The position numbers and the translations under genes were made by a program. 64,000 bases of DNA, taken from the NCBI RefSeq assembly GCF_001194135.2, contig NC_068999.1:32829910-32893909 (forward strand), read 5' to 3'. Below are positions 51,131 through 62,451 of the stretch, piece after piece (the stretch's first letter is position 1; each line of letters starts with the position of its first letter). The stretch comes from Octopus bimaculoides (lineage: Eukaryota). The notes below the pieces were generated by a model. That model ran no database searches and had not been told where the DNA came from. It saw only the letters and a program-made list of their open reading frames with translations.

Positions 51131-51504
51131 TATGAACTGCAATGTAAGAAATAGCACCTAAGAGAAACAGAAGTCGTGAGTTTTGGTCATAGTGCTTCAA
51201 GTCACTTTCTTAAGCCCTTGCAGATGGGAAGCAGTACTGAGCACATTGAAACACTGTGTGTGTGAGCAGTGTGATGTCTTGCGCTGTGTGGCACCATGTT
51301 TTCAAATATACCACACTGAGAAGAATCTATAAATACAGTGTAAAATTCCTTGTACGAAAAATTTTGTAGTTACTGAATGGCCTAACACACTGTCAATACT
51401 GAATCCATCTGCAAGGGATTAAGCAATTGCAGTACTGAGTAGCTGTATGTGAACCCAGAACTCTCAAAATTGCAGAGAGAATTCAATGTTGGAAAAAGAA
51501 CATC

Positions 51505-51770
51505 TGCTAGTGAACCACTGGATAATCTACCAGATAGTCAACTGACATCATGTATTTAGCAGTTAGACATTAGATAATCTATATCAAGCCTCTAGCAGAA
51601 ATCCACTAGATAAATCATATCTCATATTTAGCTGTAATCAACCAGATTATCTGTAGTACATGTCTAGTAGTAAATCATCAGATAATCTATATTGCACATC
51701 TAGTAGTAATCCACCAGATAATCCATATTACATATCTAACAGTAATTCATTAAATAATCCATATACCATC
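51505..51770. repeat. Degenerate about 33-bp minisatellite, about 7 copies
   Basis: Unit approximately tctagcagtaatccaccagataatctatatcaca. Confidence 0.7.
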
Positions 51771-53186
51771 ATCATCATCATTGTTTTAATATCAACTTTG
51801 GATCAGACACAATTTGTTTTGTTGAGGTAGATTTTCTATGGCCAGATGTCCTCCCTGTTGCCAACCCTATCTTTTTCCCTAGTAAGGTAATATTTACCCC
51901 TGACCAGTTATACTTTTCACAGAAGATTGGAAACAAATATCAATTGTATGATGGGGGCATTCATTTACAACCATCACACACACATATAAAGTAGATGTAC
52001 AACTGGCTTCTTTCAGTTTCTGTCTACAAAATCTGGCAATAAATCTGTTACATAATCTATATCGCATACCTTGCTGTAATCTCTCTCTCTCTCTCTCTCT
52101 CTCCCCCTCCCCCCNNNNNNNNNNATATCGCATACCTTGCTGTAATCTCTCTCTCTCTCTCTCTCTCTCCTCCACACACACACACACTCTTTTTGTAGTT
52201 GTCTATCCCTCTGTATATATTTGTATCTATCAAACCACATGTTTCCGAGCCTTCTCCAACATCAAAGGTATTTGCCACTACTCCCAACACCCCTCCCCCA
52301 AGTGAAAATAACTGCAGCACCAACAACCACAACATCAACCATAAGAACAGCCAGTAGAACTGAAATTCTCTTCCTCAAAGCTGTGTTGTCTCCAGGACAT
52401 TATCTGTCAAGGAAATCTCTGCTAAATATTCCTTTTCGTAATTACTGATGTCAGCTTAATGTGTATTCACTTCACTATAAATAAACTTGGGTAAAAGTTA
52501 TATAATACACACACACACACACACGTGTGCATGTATTACATCATTTTATAATATAATCTGAAACAAATACTTGTATGTATATCTATGTGCTTGTGTGTGG
52601 TATGAACATGTATGTATGTGTGTGTGTTTGTATATACATAGTTACACTGACTAACAGATGCAGAGGTCCTTTTTTTTTTTTTTCGCAAATTTCTACAAAG
52701 TCAGATAGAAAAATTGCTAACAATGACACTTATCATTATTGGTAATCTCTTTGGTAGTCTTCTTCAGTTCTGTTATGCTATCAAATTACTTTTGATCTGC
52801 TCATTAAGCTAAGCAAGTGAGTTAGGACATGATATAGCTTCTGATCTACTGAGAAGATATTTCTATCTTGTTGATCTCCACACTTTATCAATGTTTTTGT
52901 TAATTATTGCACAACTCACAGTCTTGTCAACAATTTGTGAAGATGTTCAGAATTTGGCATCTGAAGGCTGTGTTTACTGTTGTGTTGTATAGCAACTCAC
53001 CTGTTTGCACTTAAGTCATTTAGAGAGTTTTTATACAAGGTCCTTACCATGTTCACAGATCCCTCTCAAGAAATTCCCTATTATGTTTAAAATTGGGGCC
53101 CACTCAAGTCACAAAAAAACCTATAAATATAGACCCTTAAGCTGCTAAATGTAACAGTCTAATCGCCTCAACAGCCTCTTCTGTCT

Positions 53187-53416
53187 TTAACCCTGGAGCC
53201 TTCAGATTATTCTCTTAACGCTAATGCTTTTTTATTCACATTGTTTTGAGTTTATCATTTATTTTCTCATGGCTTCAAGATTTTGAAAATTTGATTGTTT
53301 ATATTTTTAGAAAGACATGGTAGGTTAGATACGAGAGGTCAGATCTGGCCAGTTTGAACATAAAACAGATAGAATAGTTTGGCCAGATATAGCCCATTTA
53401 AATGCTAAAGGGATAA
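53187..53416. mobile_element. piggyBac-like MITE, opposite orientation to 50229-50449
   Basis: TTAAccct..ttcagattattctc...atttaaatgctaaagggataa. Confidence 0.7.
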
Positions 53417-53504
53417 AATAGGGGATTACATAGACAATTGAAGAATGTCTTTCAGTTTAAAAATGCAGAATGTGTAGGTTGACTTCAGCTGTAATTGACT
53501 GATC

Positions 53505-53770
53505 TTTACTGATCAGACATTGGTCTACACTGAACAGACATCGATCTACACTGAACAGACATCGATCTACACGGAATAGACACTAATTTACACTGATCAG
53601 ATATTGATAAGAGATACAAACTGTCTTTGAATGTTGATCTATATTGATCAGACATTGATCTATATTAAACAGACACTAATCTACAATCATCAGATATTGA
53701 TCTACTCTGATCAAACATGGAGCTTCACTGAACAAACAATGATCAAACACTGAAGTACATTGATTTACCA
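53505..53770. repeat. 21-bp minisatellite, about 12 degenerate copies
   Basis: Unit approximately gacattgatctacactgaaca; contiguous units with no spacers. Confidence 0.85.
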
Positions 53771-55504
53771 TGTAATTTAAACCAATGCAACATATTTGGA
53801 CACCAGTAAGACTGGGTTACTGAACAAGGAATTTGAGTGGCATAGATGCATTTAAGCAAAGATAAAGGGGATGACTTAATTAAAATAGCCATTACTAGGG
53901 ACAGCTGATCCATGCTGGATCAGTATGGAGGAAGATTCTTCCAATGTTAATAAGATAATGTTTACATTATTTAATGGAACCAGTGTTGCATGACTCTGAA
54001 GTGTTTTTGTTATAAAGTCAATTGGTATTGGAAATGGTGATCAAATTGTGTAAACGAGCCATAGGTTGATGAAATTAAATAAAGGCATCCATACTGATGT
54101 ATTTTTGTGATTAAATTCTTAATTGTGCCATAGATAGGAATGAAACAATTATTTGATGAGCAATTAACATTATGTGTGTCCATTAATCAGTGTAACTGTT
54201 TAGAAGTATCGCGCCCTTAGGGGCCTCTCTGGTTTCATCTCAACTAAACCTGTGAGGTGTTTTTTTGTTTGTTTCCACCCTCCCCCTCTTTTCTCCATGG
54301 TTCCAGACTAAGTATCAAGAATCAAGGCAGCAGCAAATTTGATGTATTGATTGTAGATTTTTGTAACATTAATAGCACAATATATGATAAATTATCTTGT
54401 TTCATCAACATATTATATCAGTGATTGTGTATACTGTTTAATTAAACTTCTGTCTTTGGTTGTTCATGGCTGCTTGTGTGATTTTGTGAAAATGATTGTG
54501 ATGGATGTGATACCATAAATTTGGGTCAGTTGTGTGTCCATTTATGTATGTGTGTGTATACATGCATGATGTATATTTTCCTCTAGTGACTTTGGGTTTG
54601 TTTAGTGCTGCTAAGGTTTAGGGTACTTGTTGTTAATGACCAGCTGTATTTCTGTTCTTAGATATTGTGAATATAAAATGTTCTCTAAATATTTGTCTAC
54701 CTATTTAGTTAGTTATAAAGTTTGTGACTTAAAGTATGAGAGTTTCATGTATTTCACTTAACAAATGCTTGAATTGTCAGGCTTTATGTAGCATATTTCA
54801 TTTTGAATATTGAGTTTTATTCTTCGTTTATAATACCAAACGTCTCTCTCCATCTATCTATCCATCCACATGTCTGTCTATCCATCTGTCTCTCTATGAA
54901 TCTATCTCTCTCTCTCTCTCTCTCTAGTTGGCTATCTGTCTATCTATCTTCCATCTATCAGTCTATCTAGCTATCTATCCATCTGTCTGCCTATCTAACT
55001 ATTTGTCTATCTACTTTGTATGCTGGTTATATATACATAAAGGTAACAGACTATTTTTTATCAGAGCAGACACTAGCTGTCCTCTATTGTATAGGAAAGT
55101 TTACTGATATGTTTTTTTTTTTTTTAAATGTCTTTCCAAACTCATTAGAAATTTGAAACTAATAGAGATTTCTTGTTCCAGCAAATAATAACTTCAAAAT
55201 ATAGAAATCCCATCAAATGGATTTTAAATGATCTTCTCTTTAAAAGGTCAAATACCCTCAGATTTATCAACCAGAAAAGAATAGATCAAATATGCGCAGG
55301 ATATTACACACAAGCAGAAAGCAAATTACTTTTGTTTTGATAAATCATCATCTGTGACAGGTCTTAAGTATTTCCAGTGAAACTACACTGCTCAGACACT
55401 AATCTCCGTGTCACAGATTGGCTGTTCTCCAGAATAAGATGCAGATTAAATCAGCTAAAAGAACATTTATTATTATTATTATTATCATCATCATCATTAT
55501 TATT

Positions 55505-56200
55505 AAGGCAGCAAGCTGGCAGAATTGATAGTATGCCAGGCAAAATACTTAGTGGCATTTCGTCTGTCTGCACATTCTGTGTTCAAATTCCACTGAAGTC
55601 AGCTTGGCTTTTTGTCCTTTCAGGGTCAATAAAACAAGTACCAGTTGAATACTGGGATTGATGTAATTGACTTAGCCCCACCACCTAAACTTGCTGGCCT
55701 TGTGCCAAAATTCAAAATCATTATTATCGTTACTATCATTATTAAGGTGGCAAGCTGACAGAATCATTAGCATGCCAGGCAAAATTTTTAATGGCATTTC
55801 ATCTGTCTTTATGTTCTGAGTTCAAATTCTTTTGAGATCAACTTTGCTTTTCATCCTTTCAGGGTTGATAAATTAAGTACCAGTGAAATACTGGGGTCAG
55901 TGTAATTGGCTAGTCCGCTCCCACCAAATGTCAGGCTTTGTGCCTTTAGTAGAAAGGATTATTATTATTAAGGTGGCAAGCAGGCAGAATCATTAGCACA
56001 CCAGGCAAAATTCTTAGTGGCATTTCATGTCTTTACATTCTTAGTTCACATTATGCTGAGGTCGACTTCGTCTTTCATCCTTTCAGGATCGATAAAATAA
56101 GTACCAATTGATCACTGAAGTCAGTAAAATCAACTTATCTCCTCCTCCAAACCTGCTGGCCTTGTGCCAAAATTTGAAACCATTATTGTTGTTGTTGTTG
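55505..56200 (+). mobile_element. Head-to-tail array of three family-C SINEs
   Basis: Heads aagg(c/t)(a/g)gcaagc(t/a)g(g/a)cagaat at 55505, 55744 and 55970, each preceded and followed by (ATT)n-like tracts. B box GAGTTCAAATTC. Confidence 0.88.
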
Positions 56201-56290
56201 TATTTTGCATATTGTTTCAGTGAGAGTATTAGACTACACTTATCTGCCATAGTAAACTGTTATCTCATTTTTTCTCCTTTTCTGTTGCAG

Positions 56291-56357
56291 TTTGTAAAGA
56301 GACCCAATTCACTGGAAAACAATCTGATACATATAAAACTTGTAAAAGGGAACAAAG
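56291..56357 (+). CDS. dlg1: Discs large internal exon, PDZ1-PDZ2 linker and first strand of PDZ2
   Basis: tttttctcctttctgttgcag| acceptor and AAAG|gtaaat donor. 67 nt, phase 0 to 1. Encodes FVKRPNSLENNLIHIKLVKGNK(G) (cf. DLG1 YVKRRKP...EIKLIKGPKGLGF), in frame with exon 25276-25378. Confidence 0.9.
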
Positions 56358-56392
56358 GTAAATAGAAAACTCACTTTATTATTGTTGTTAGT

Positions 56393-57315
56393 AAGGCAGT
56401 AACCTGGCAAAATTGCTAGCATGTCAGACACTCTACTTAGTGGCATTTTGTCTGCCTTTGCATTCTGAATTCAAATTCTATTGAGGCAGACTTGAATACT
56501 GGGATTGATGTAATTAACTAGCCCCCTTCCCCAAAGTTTCAGGTTTTGTGCCTGTAGTAGAAAAGGTTCTTGTTGTTGGAATTGGTGGTGACAGCAATGG
56601 CGAAGAAGAAGAATTGGCAGAATTATTGGTGTGCCAGACCTTATGGTATTTAGTTACCACAAGTTCTTGTATCAAATCCAGTTGAGAGCAACTTCACATT
56701 TCATCCATTTGGAGCCAATGAAAAATAGTACCTATCAAGAACTGATATGTAACATTGACTAACTGCTCCTCTTAAAGTTGCTGGCCTTGGTGACAACAAG
56801 TCTCCTAAAGTTTCAAGAATTACAGAATACAGGATTTCACTTTTCTGAAGATAGACAATGCAAGTCTCAATTCCATTTTCCTCTTGCCTATTAGGTAGTA
56901 TTTTGGGTGTTGTGTCATGTGCACCAATTATTGCTGGTTTATTAATATTATTATTAAGACAATGAGCTGGCAGAATCGTTAGCATGCCAATCAAAAATGC
57001 TTAGCAGCATTTTGTCTGGCTTTATGTTCTGAGGTTGACTTTCCCTTTTATCTTTCAGGGGTCAGTGAAATAAGTACCATTTGAACACTGGGATCAATGT
57101 AATTGACTTGCCCCTCCTCCCAGATTTCAAGCCTTTTGCCTATTATTATTAATGCTACTATGGTAATGGATTGGCAGCCATTTGAGTTTATATCCAGTTT
57201 TCATTTTTCTTCCGTCAATAAAATACAGTGCCCATCAAGTACTGGAATTCAGTTAATCAACTAGTACCTTCACCTCAAACTTCTGCCCATGTTCTTATGT
57301 TAAAAAACAATTATT
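56393..57315 (+). mobile_element. Four further family-C SINE copies, sense orientation
   Basis: Copies start at about 56393, 56605, 56956 and 57165, sharing the tggcagaat head, the ttg(a/g)..actggga body and (ATT/GTT)n tails. Confidence 0.75.
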
Positions 57316-57818
57316 TGTTGTTATTGTTACTGGTGGTGCTGAAGCATTGCCAGGTTAGTGTAAACTCTACCAGCACAGTAGCACCATCAGCTGAGTCTGT
57401 CAATGTGTACAGAGGAATGATGCTATTATGCAGTCACTCATTCAGGGTCCAAGCTTTACTGACTGATTGATGTGGAACTACTATTGTGAATGACAGATCC
57501 AGCTATGAACCACGTCCATCGTGAGGAACACTCCACCACCTTCCTTTGGCCAGGAATTGCAGACAGTTTTCTACTTATGATTATAGTGTATGGCAAATAA
57601 GATTGCCAGGACTGATAACAGATACTATATTCTTTGACCAACTTATTCTAGTTCCACCAATTGAAGGAGGTGCTGTCATGTAGCAAATTTTCTGAAAAGT
57701 AGAGGACACTGGAAAGATGGCCCAAGTGAATGGAGATACAGTATGAACCTGTAGGCCAAAGAACACACCTAATAGGGGGTACTAGGCTTTGACAGTAAAG
57801 ATCATCCTGGCTTTATGG

Positions 57819-58210
57819 CATTGGTTCTCAACCAGGGTCCATGTGGCCCCTTGGTGGTCCATATAAAATTTTTGGGAGTCCACACAAGCAAAACAGTAAA
57901 TTAGGGGTCCATGGTAGTATTTTAGGGTTTCATGAAAAATTTTTACTTTGGATGTATTTATTGTAAGAAACAGCTATGTTTCTTTCGCTAACATTTTATA
58001 CAGTTGAACATGTTTCTGACCACTGAAACAAGTTCTTTCCGTGAGTACTATTGCATACCTACACAAGTGAATGTGTGAAAAACAAAATAAGAATTTTGAA
58101 AGAAGTATCTATAAAACTAGTTTCTAAACATCAAGTGGTCTATGGGGGTTCCACAAGAATAAAATAATAATCAAAGAAATCCATAGGTAAAAAATGATTG
58201 AGAACCACTG
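57819..58210. mobile_element. hAT/Charlie-like MITE (about 390 bp)
   Basis: TIRs CATTGGTTCTCAACC ... GATTGAGAACCACTG (cf. CAGTGGTTCTCAACC). The 8-bp flanks do not match exactly. Confidence 0.75.
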
Positions 58211-58306
58211 ATCTTTGGGTTCCTTGGCCATCCCCACCCCTTTGAGATGTCTATTTGATATTTTCTATCACTGACTCATCACATTGTTAATTATAATACT
58301 GACCTA

Positions 58307-58647
58307 TTATATTGGCACATGGCTCAATGGTTAAAGTGTTTAGCTCACAATCATAAGGTACTGAGTTTGATTCCTGGACCAGGCTGTATGTTGTGTTCTT
58401 GAGCAAGACACTTTATTTCATGTTGCTCCAGTTCACTTAGCTGTAGAAATAAGTTGCAATGTCACTGGTGCCAAACTGTATCAGCCTTTGCTTTTCCCAT
58501 GGGTGACATGGAGACGGGAGACTGGTATGCATGGGTGACTGACTGCTGGTCTTCCATAAACAATCTTGCCCAGACTTGTGCCTCAGAGGGGAACTTTCTA
58601 GGTGCAATCCCATGGTCATTCATGTCCGAAGAGGGTCTTTACCCTTT
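58307..58647 (+). mobile_element. SINE family A flanked by a perfect 26-bp direct repeat
   Basis: acattgttaattataatactgaccta occurs at 58281-58306 and 58648-58673, flanking a full family-A body. Confidence 0.88.
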
Positions 58648-58711
58648 ACATTGTTAATTATAATACTGACCTAACACATAGTTAAGCCTACTCCACCTTC
58701 AAAATAGTCTT

Positions 58712-58941
58712 GTAACCCTTTTGCTATTATATTTCTTTTGAAATACATTGCATTTGTTGCAGTTGATTTTGAAAATATTAAAGAATTTATTAAAATATCT
58801 GTGTGACTATTTAGCTGGTGGTGGGAACAAAAATTAGCATGAAATTTTGATGGAAGGCTTTAATTAAGATCATTTTAAAATTGGGATTTTATTTCATAGA
58901 GGCAGGGTTTGTTTCAGCTAGATTGGTATCAAAAGGGTTAA
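58712..58941. mobile_element. Second piggyBac-like MITE family
   Basis: gtaacccttttgcta ... ggtatcaaaagggTTAA; the interior is unrelated to the 50229 family. Confidence 0.6.
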
Positions 58942-59032
58942 TGGTATATTTGTGTGAGAGAGAGAGAGTTAGATTACACACACACACACACACACACATA
59001 AATATGCGTATGTGTGTATATACAATCTAACT

Positions 59033-59342
59033 GTGAAGGCACATAGCTTAGTAGTTAGGGTATTCGACTCATGATCATTATGTCATGAGTTCAATTCCCA
59101 GCGGCACATTCTGTCCTTGAGCAAGACACTTTATTTCATGTTGTTCCAGTTCATTCTGCTGGCAAAAATGAGTTGTACCTGTAATTCAACAGGCCAGCAT
59201 TGTCACATTCTGTGTCATGCTGACTCTCCTTGAGAACTACATTAAGGGTACACCTGTCTGTGAAGTGTTCAGCTACTTTCACATTAATTTCATAAGCAGG
59301 CTGTTCTGCTGATTGGATCAACTGGAACCCCCATCATAACCA
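59033..59342 (+). mobile_element. SINE with a family-A-type head and core but a different 3' body
   Basis: gtgaaggcacatagcttagtagttagg..gagttcaattcc..tccttgagcaagacactttatttcatg, then a divergent tail (tgagaactacattaagggtacacctgtctgtg). Confidence 0.7.
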
Positions 59343-59679
59343 AGTGTACCATTTTGTTCAGTATATAATCTATCTCTCCTGTCTACCTCTCCATCTTTCT
59401 CTGTCTATCTTCTTATGCCTTTCTATCTTTCTTGCCTATCTATATATTTATCTGTCTCTCCATCTATCTATCTACCCATCCATCTCTTTGTCTTTCCATC
59501 CATCCATCTATCTCCCTCTCCATCTTTGTCTGTCTATCTGTCATTCCTATCTATCTGTCATCTTCCTATCTATCTCTCATTCCATTTATCTTGGCTATCT
59601 ATCTACCCATTCATCTATCTGTTTATCTCTCTTTCACTCTATTCATCTGTCTATCTATACATCCATTTATTCTTTTTTT

Positions 59680-59764
<85 letters not shown>

Positions 59765-60507
59765 CTATACAGGGATTTTAGACATGATGAATATCCACTT
59801 TAGTTATATTTGATTATCAAAATTACCTCAATGGTTATTTACATATCATAGGATGTCTGATCTGCTCTCTCAAATGTTCTCTATAATAAAATATAAATGA
59901 ATAAATATAAATATATATATATATATGAGAGAGAGAGAAAATAAAACCAAAAGCCATTTTTTTCTTTGTTGTCTGCTTAGAAGAAGCAGTATTGGTAAGA
60001 ATACATTAATCATGATTTACCTATATTCTGTCTAGTTCTTTGATAAACCATTCCAGTATTAAGGAGGCAACGAGGTATCATAGAGATTTAGTGGAGCATA
60101 ATAGCTTTCACTTTAAGGATGTGATATTATTGAAGGAGTAATAGATTTCACATTACAACAGAATAACATACACACAAAGTCAGATACCTGCATATGTGTG
60201 TATGTGTATGTACAGACATATACACACGGACATACACACATCTACATACTCGTGTATGAAAGCTCACTCATTTACGTACATGCAAACATTCTCTCATTTT
60301 ACATACACACATCATCCCACCGCCCAACTTTCAGCTGTTCACACGCTTACGAATATCCTAACTACATACACACATGTATGCACAAACACACACACATATG
60401 CACTGATATGCAATATATTTATATGCCAGTTTTATATCTATAGGCTATTAAAAAGAAAATAAAAAGAAACCATTACTAATATTATTATTATTATTATTAT
60501 TATTATT

Positions 60508-60948
60508 AAGGTGGCGAGCTGGCAGAATTGTTAGCATGCTGGATGGAATGCTTTGCAGTATTTCGTCTGACCTTATGTTCTGAGTTCAAATTCTGCTGAG
60601 GTCAACTTTACCTTTCATCCTTTCAGGGTCAATTAAATAAGTACACACTGGGGTTGATGTAATCGACTTAATCCCTTCCCCCAAATATGAGGCCTTGTGC
60701 TTCCAGTAGAAAGGATTTTTATTATTATTGAAGTGGCAAACTGGCAGAGCTGTTAGCATGCTGGGCAGAATGCTTTATAGTATTTCATCTGACCTTACAT
60801 TCTGAGTTCAAATTCCGCTGAGGTCGACTTTGCCTTTTATCCTTTTGCAATTGATAAATTAAGTACCAGTGAAACACTGGGGTCAATGTAATTGACTAGT
60901 TTCCTCCCCCAAATTTTAGACCTGGTGCTTTTAGTAGAAAGGATTATG

Positions 60949-60989
<41 letters not shown>

Positions 60990-61583
60990 GGCTACATCAT
61001 TGACATGTCAGACAGAATGCTTAGCAGCATTTTCTGCTATCTTTATATTCCGAATTCAAATTCTGCTGAGGCCAACTTTGCCATTCATCCTTTTGGGGTC
61101 AATAAAATAAGTACCAGTTGCGCATTGGGGTCAATGTAATCAACTAGAATTATTATTATTATTATTATCAATAATAATAATAATATAAAGGCAGTTCTGA
61201 GTTCAAATTCTGCTGGGGTCATCTTTGCCTTACGTGGGTTTGATAAAATATGTACCAACCAAGGACTTGGGTCAATATAATTGACTTATCACCTCCCCTG
61301 AAATTGCTGGCCTTGTGCCAAAATTTGAAATCATTTTGTAGAAAGAATTATTATTATTAGTAGTAGTAGTAGTAGTTTTAAAGTGGTGAGCTGGCAGAAT
61401 TATTAGCACATTGAACAATGTGCTTAACAGCATTTCTTGTGTGTTTACATTCCGAGTTCAAAGGGTTTTTTACTTTTCATCTTTTCAGGGTCTATAAAAT
61501 ACACACAAGTTGAGTACTGGGGTTGATGTAATCAACTATACTCTTCCCCCAAAATTTCAGGCCTTGTGTCTATAGTAGAAAAG

Positions 61584-61616
<33 letters not shown>
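60508..61616 (+). mobile_element. Head-to-tail array of five family-C SINEs separated by (ATT)n
   Basis: Copies start at about 60508, 60731, 60988, 61186 and 61378; each junction is an (ATT)n-like tract. Confidence 0.88.
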
Positions 61617-61617
<1 letters not shown>

Positions 61618-62451
61618 CTTCATTTACACAGTGGTCATCTGGTTAACAGTGGATCATTATTCAATCGACTCCATATCATGTCTACCTCAGGTAGACAGTA
61701 CTTTCCACAGAATATTTGCTGTTCCCAAAAGCATGGTCTTTTGCAGTGCCTTAATGGTGCAACAGATTCCATGCTCCAATCACAATTGGTACCACTCATG
61801 CTTCCATATACCACACACTCTTAACATCTAGTTGGCATATTTTGCAGTTTTCTCATTTTCTTTATCATTGGTGTAAATGATCTTCTGGGCAAGCTACATC
61901 AATGAAAGAACATCTTACATGAATGACGTCATATGTTCAAGAACTCTGTGTCTGACTTGTAAAGTCCCACTGACATTTCAGTCTAATTTTCTAGGTCCTT
62001 CTCAAGTTTGTATTGATACCATTTTTCAGTGGTTGGAAACCCATATTTCTTGTATAAAGACCAGTGGGAGTACAAACACACTATCGTGATGCCTTTTATA
62101 CCCTCTCTGCGCAAGCATGTCTCAGGCACCCATGATGTGTGTTAAACTTTATACCTTCTTCCCACATAACCTACACTTATTTGTTTCATCTGAGTATGAC
62201 ATATTCCTTATTGAGTTTGTGTTTGGTGCTTGATCCTAAGCAGCCACCAACAAACTTTCTGTCTCTCTCGTAAGATCATCTTTTGTCAATCAATTCCATG
62301 AATATTCTCCTTTTACTTTGTTTGTCTTTAGAATTGAACATGTAATTCCATACCCTCCTTCATGTTCAGTTTCTCAGCCAACAGCCTCTGTTTGTAATTT
62401 TCTTTACTTTCAATAGTTTCAGTGCATAAGCCTCTGCTTTTAGCAAAAGAC
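61617..62451 (-). mobile_element. R4/Dong-clade LINE, 5'-truncated, C-terminal CCHC and RLE region
   Basis: Minus translation LTRETESLLVAA*DQ, NKCRLCGKKV*SLTHI, YKRHHD, HWSLYKKYGF..EKWY, FIDVACP, VVPIVIGA, QKTMLLGTANILWKVLST* (stop at 61687-61689). About 70-nt UTR; (TAA)n on both flanks. Confidence 0.85.

Noticed and set aside
52058-52170. About 45-bp direct duplication (atatcgcataccttgctgtaat plus (CT)n)
   Set aside because: The two copies straddle a 10-N gap, so this is most likely an unmerged contig overlap.
53505-53770. CRISPR-like regular repeats
   Set aside because: Contiguous degenerate units with no unique spacers, no cas genes, and a eukaryotic intron context.
57380-57800. Complex sequence that may be an old LINE fragment
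   Set aside because: No diagnostic motif was recognised in any frame.
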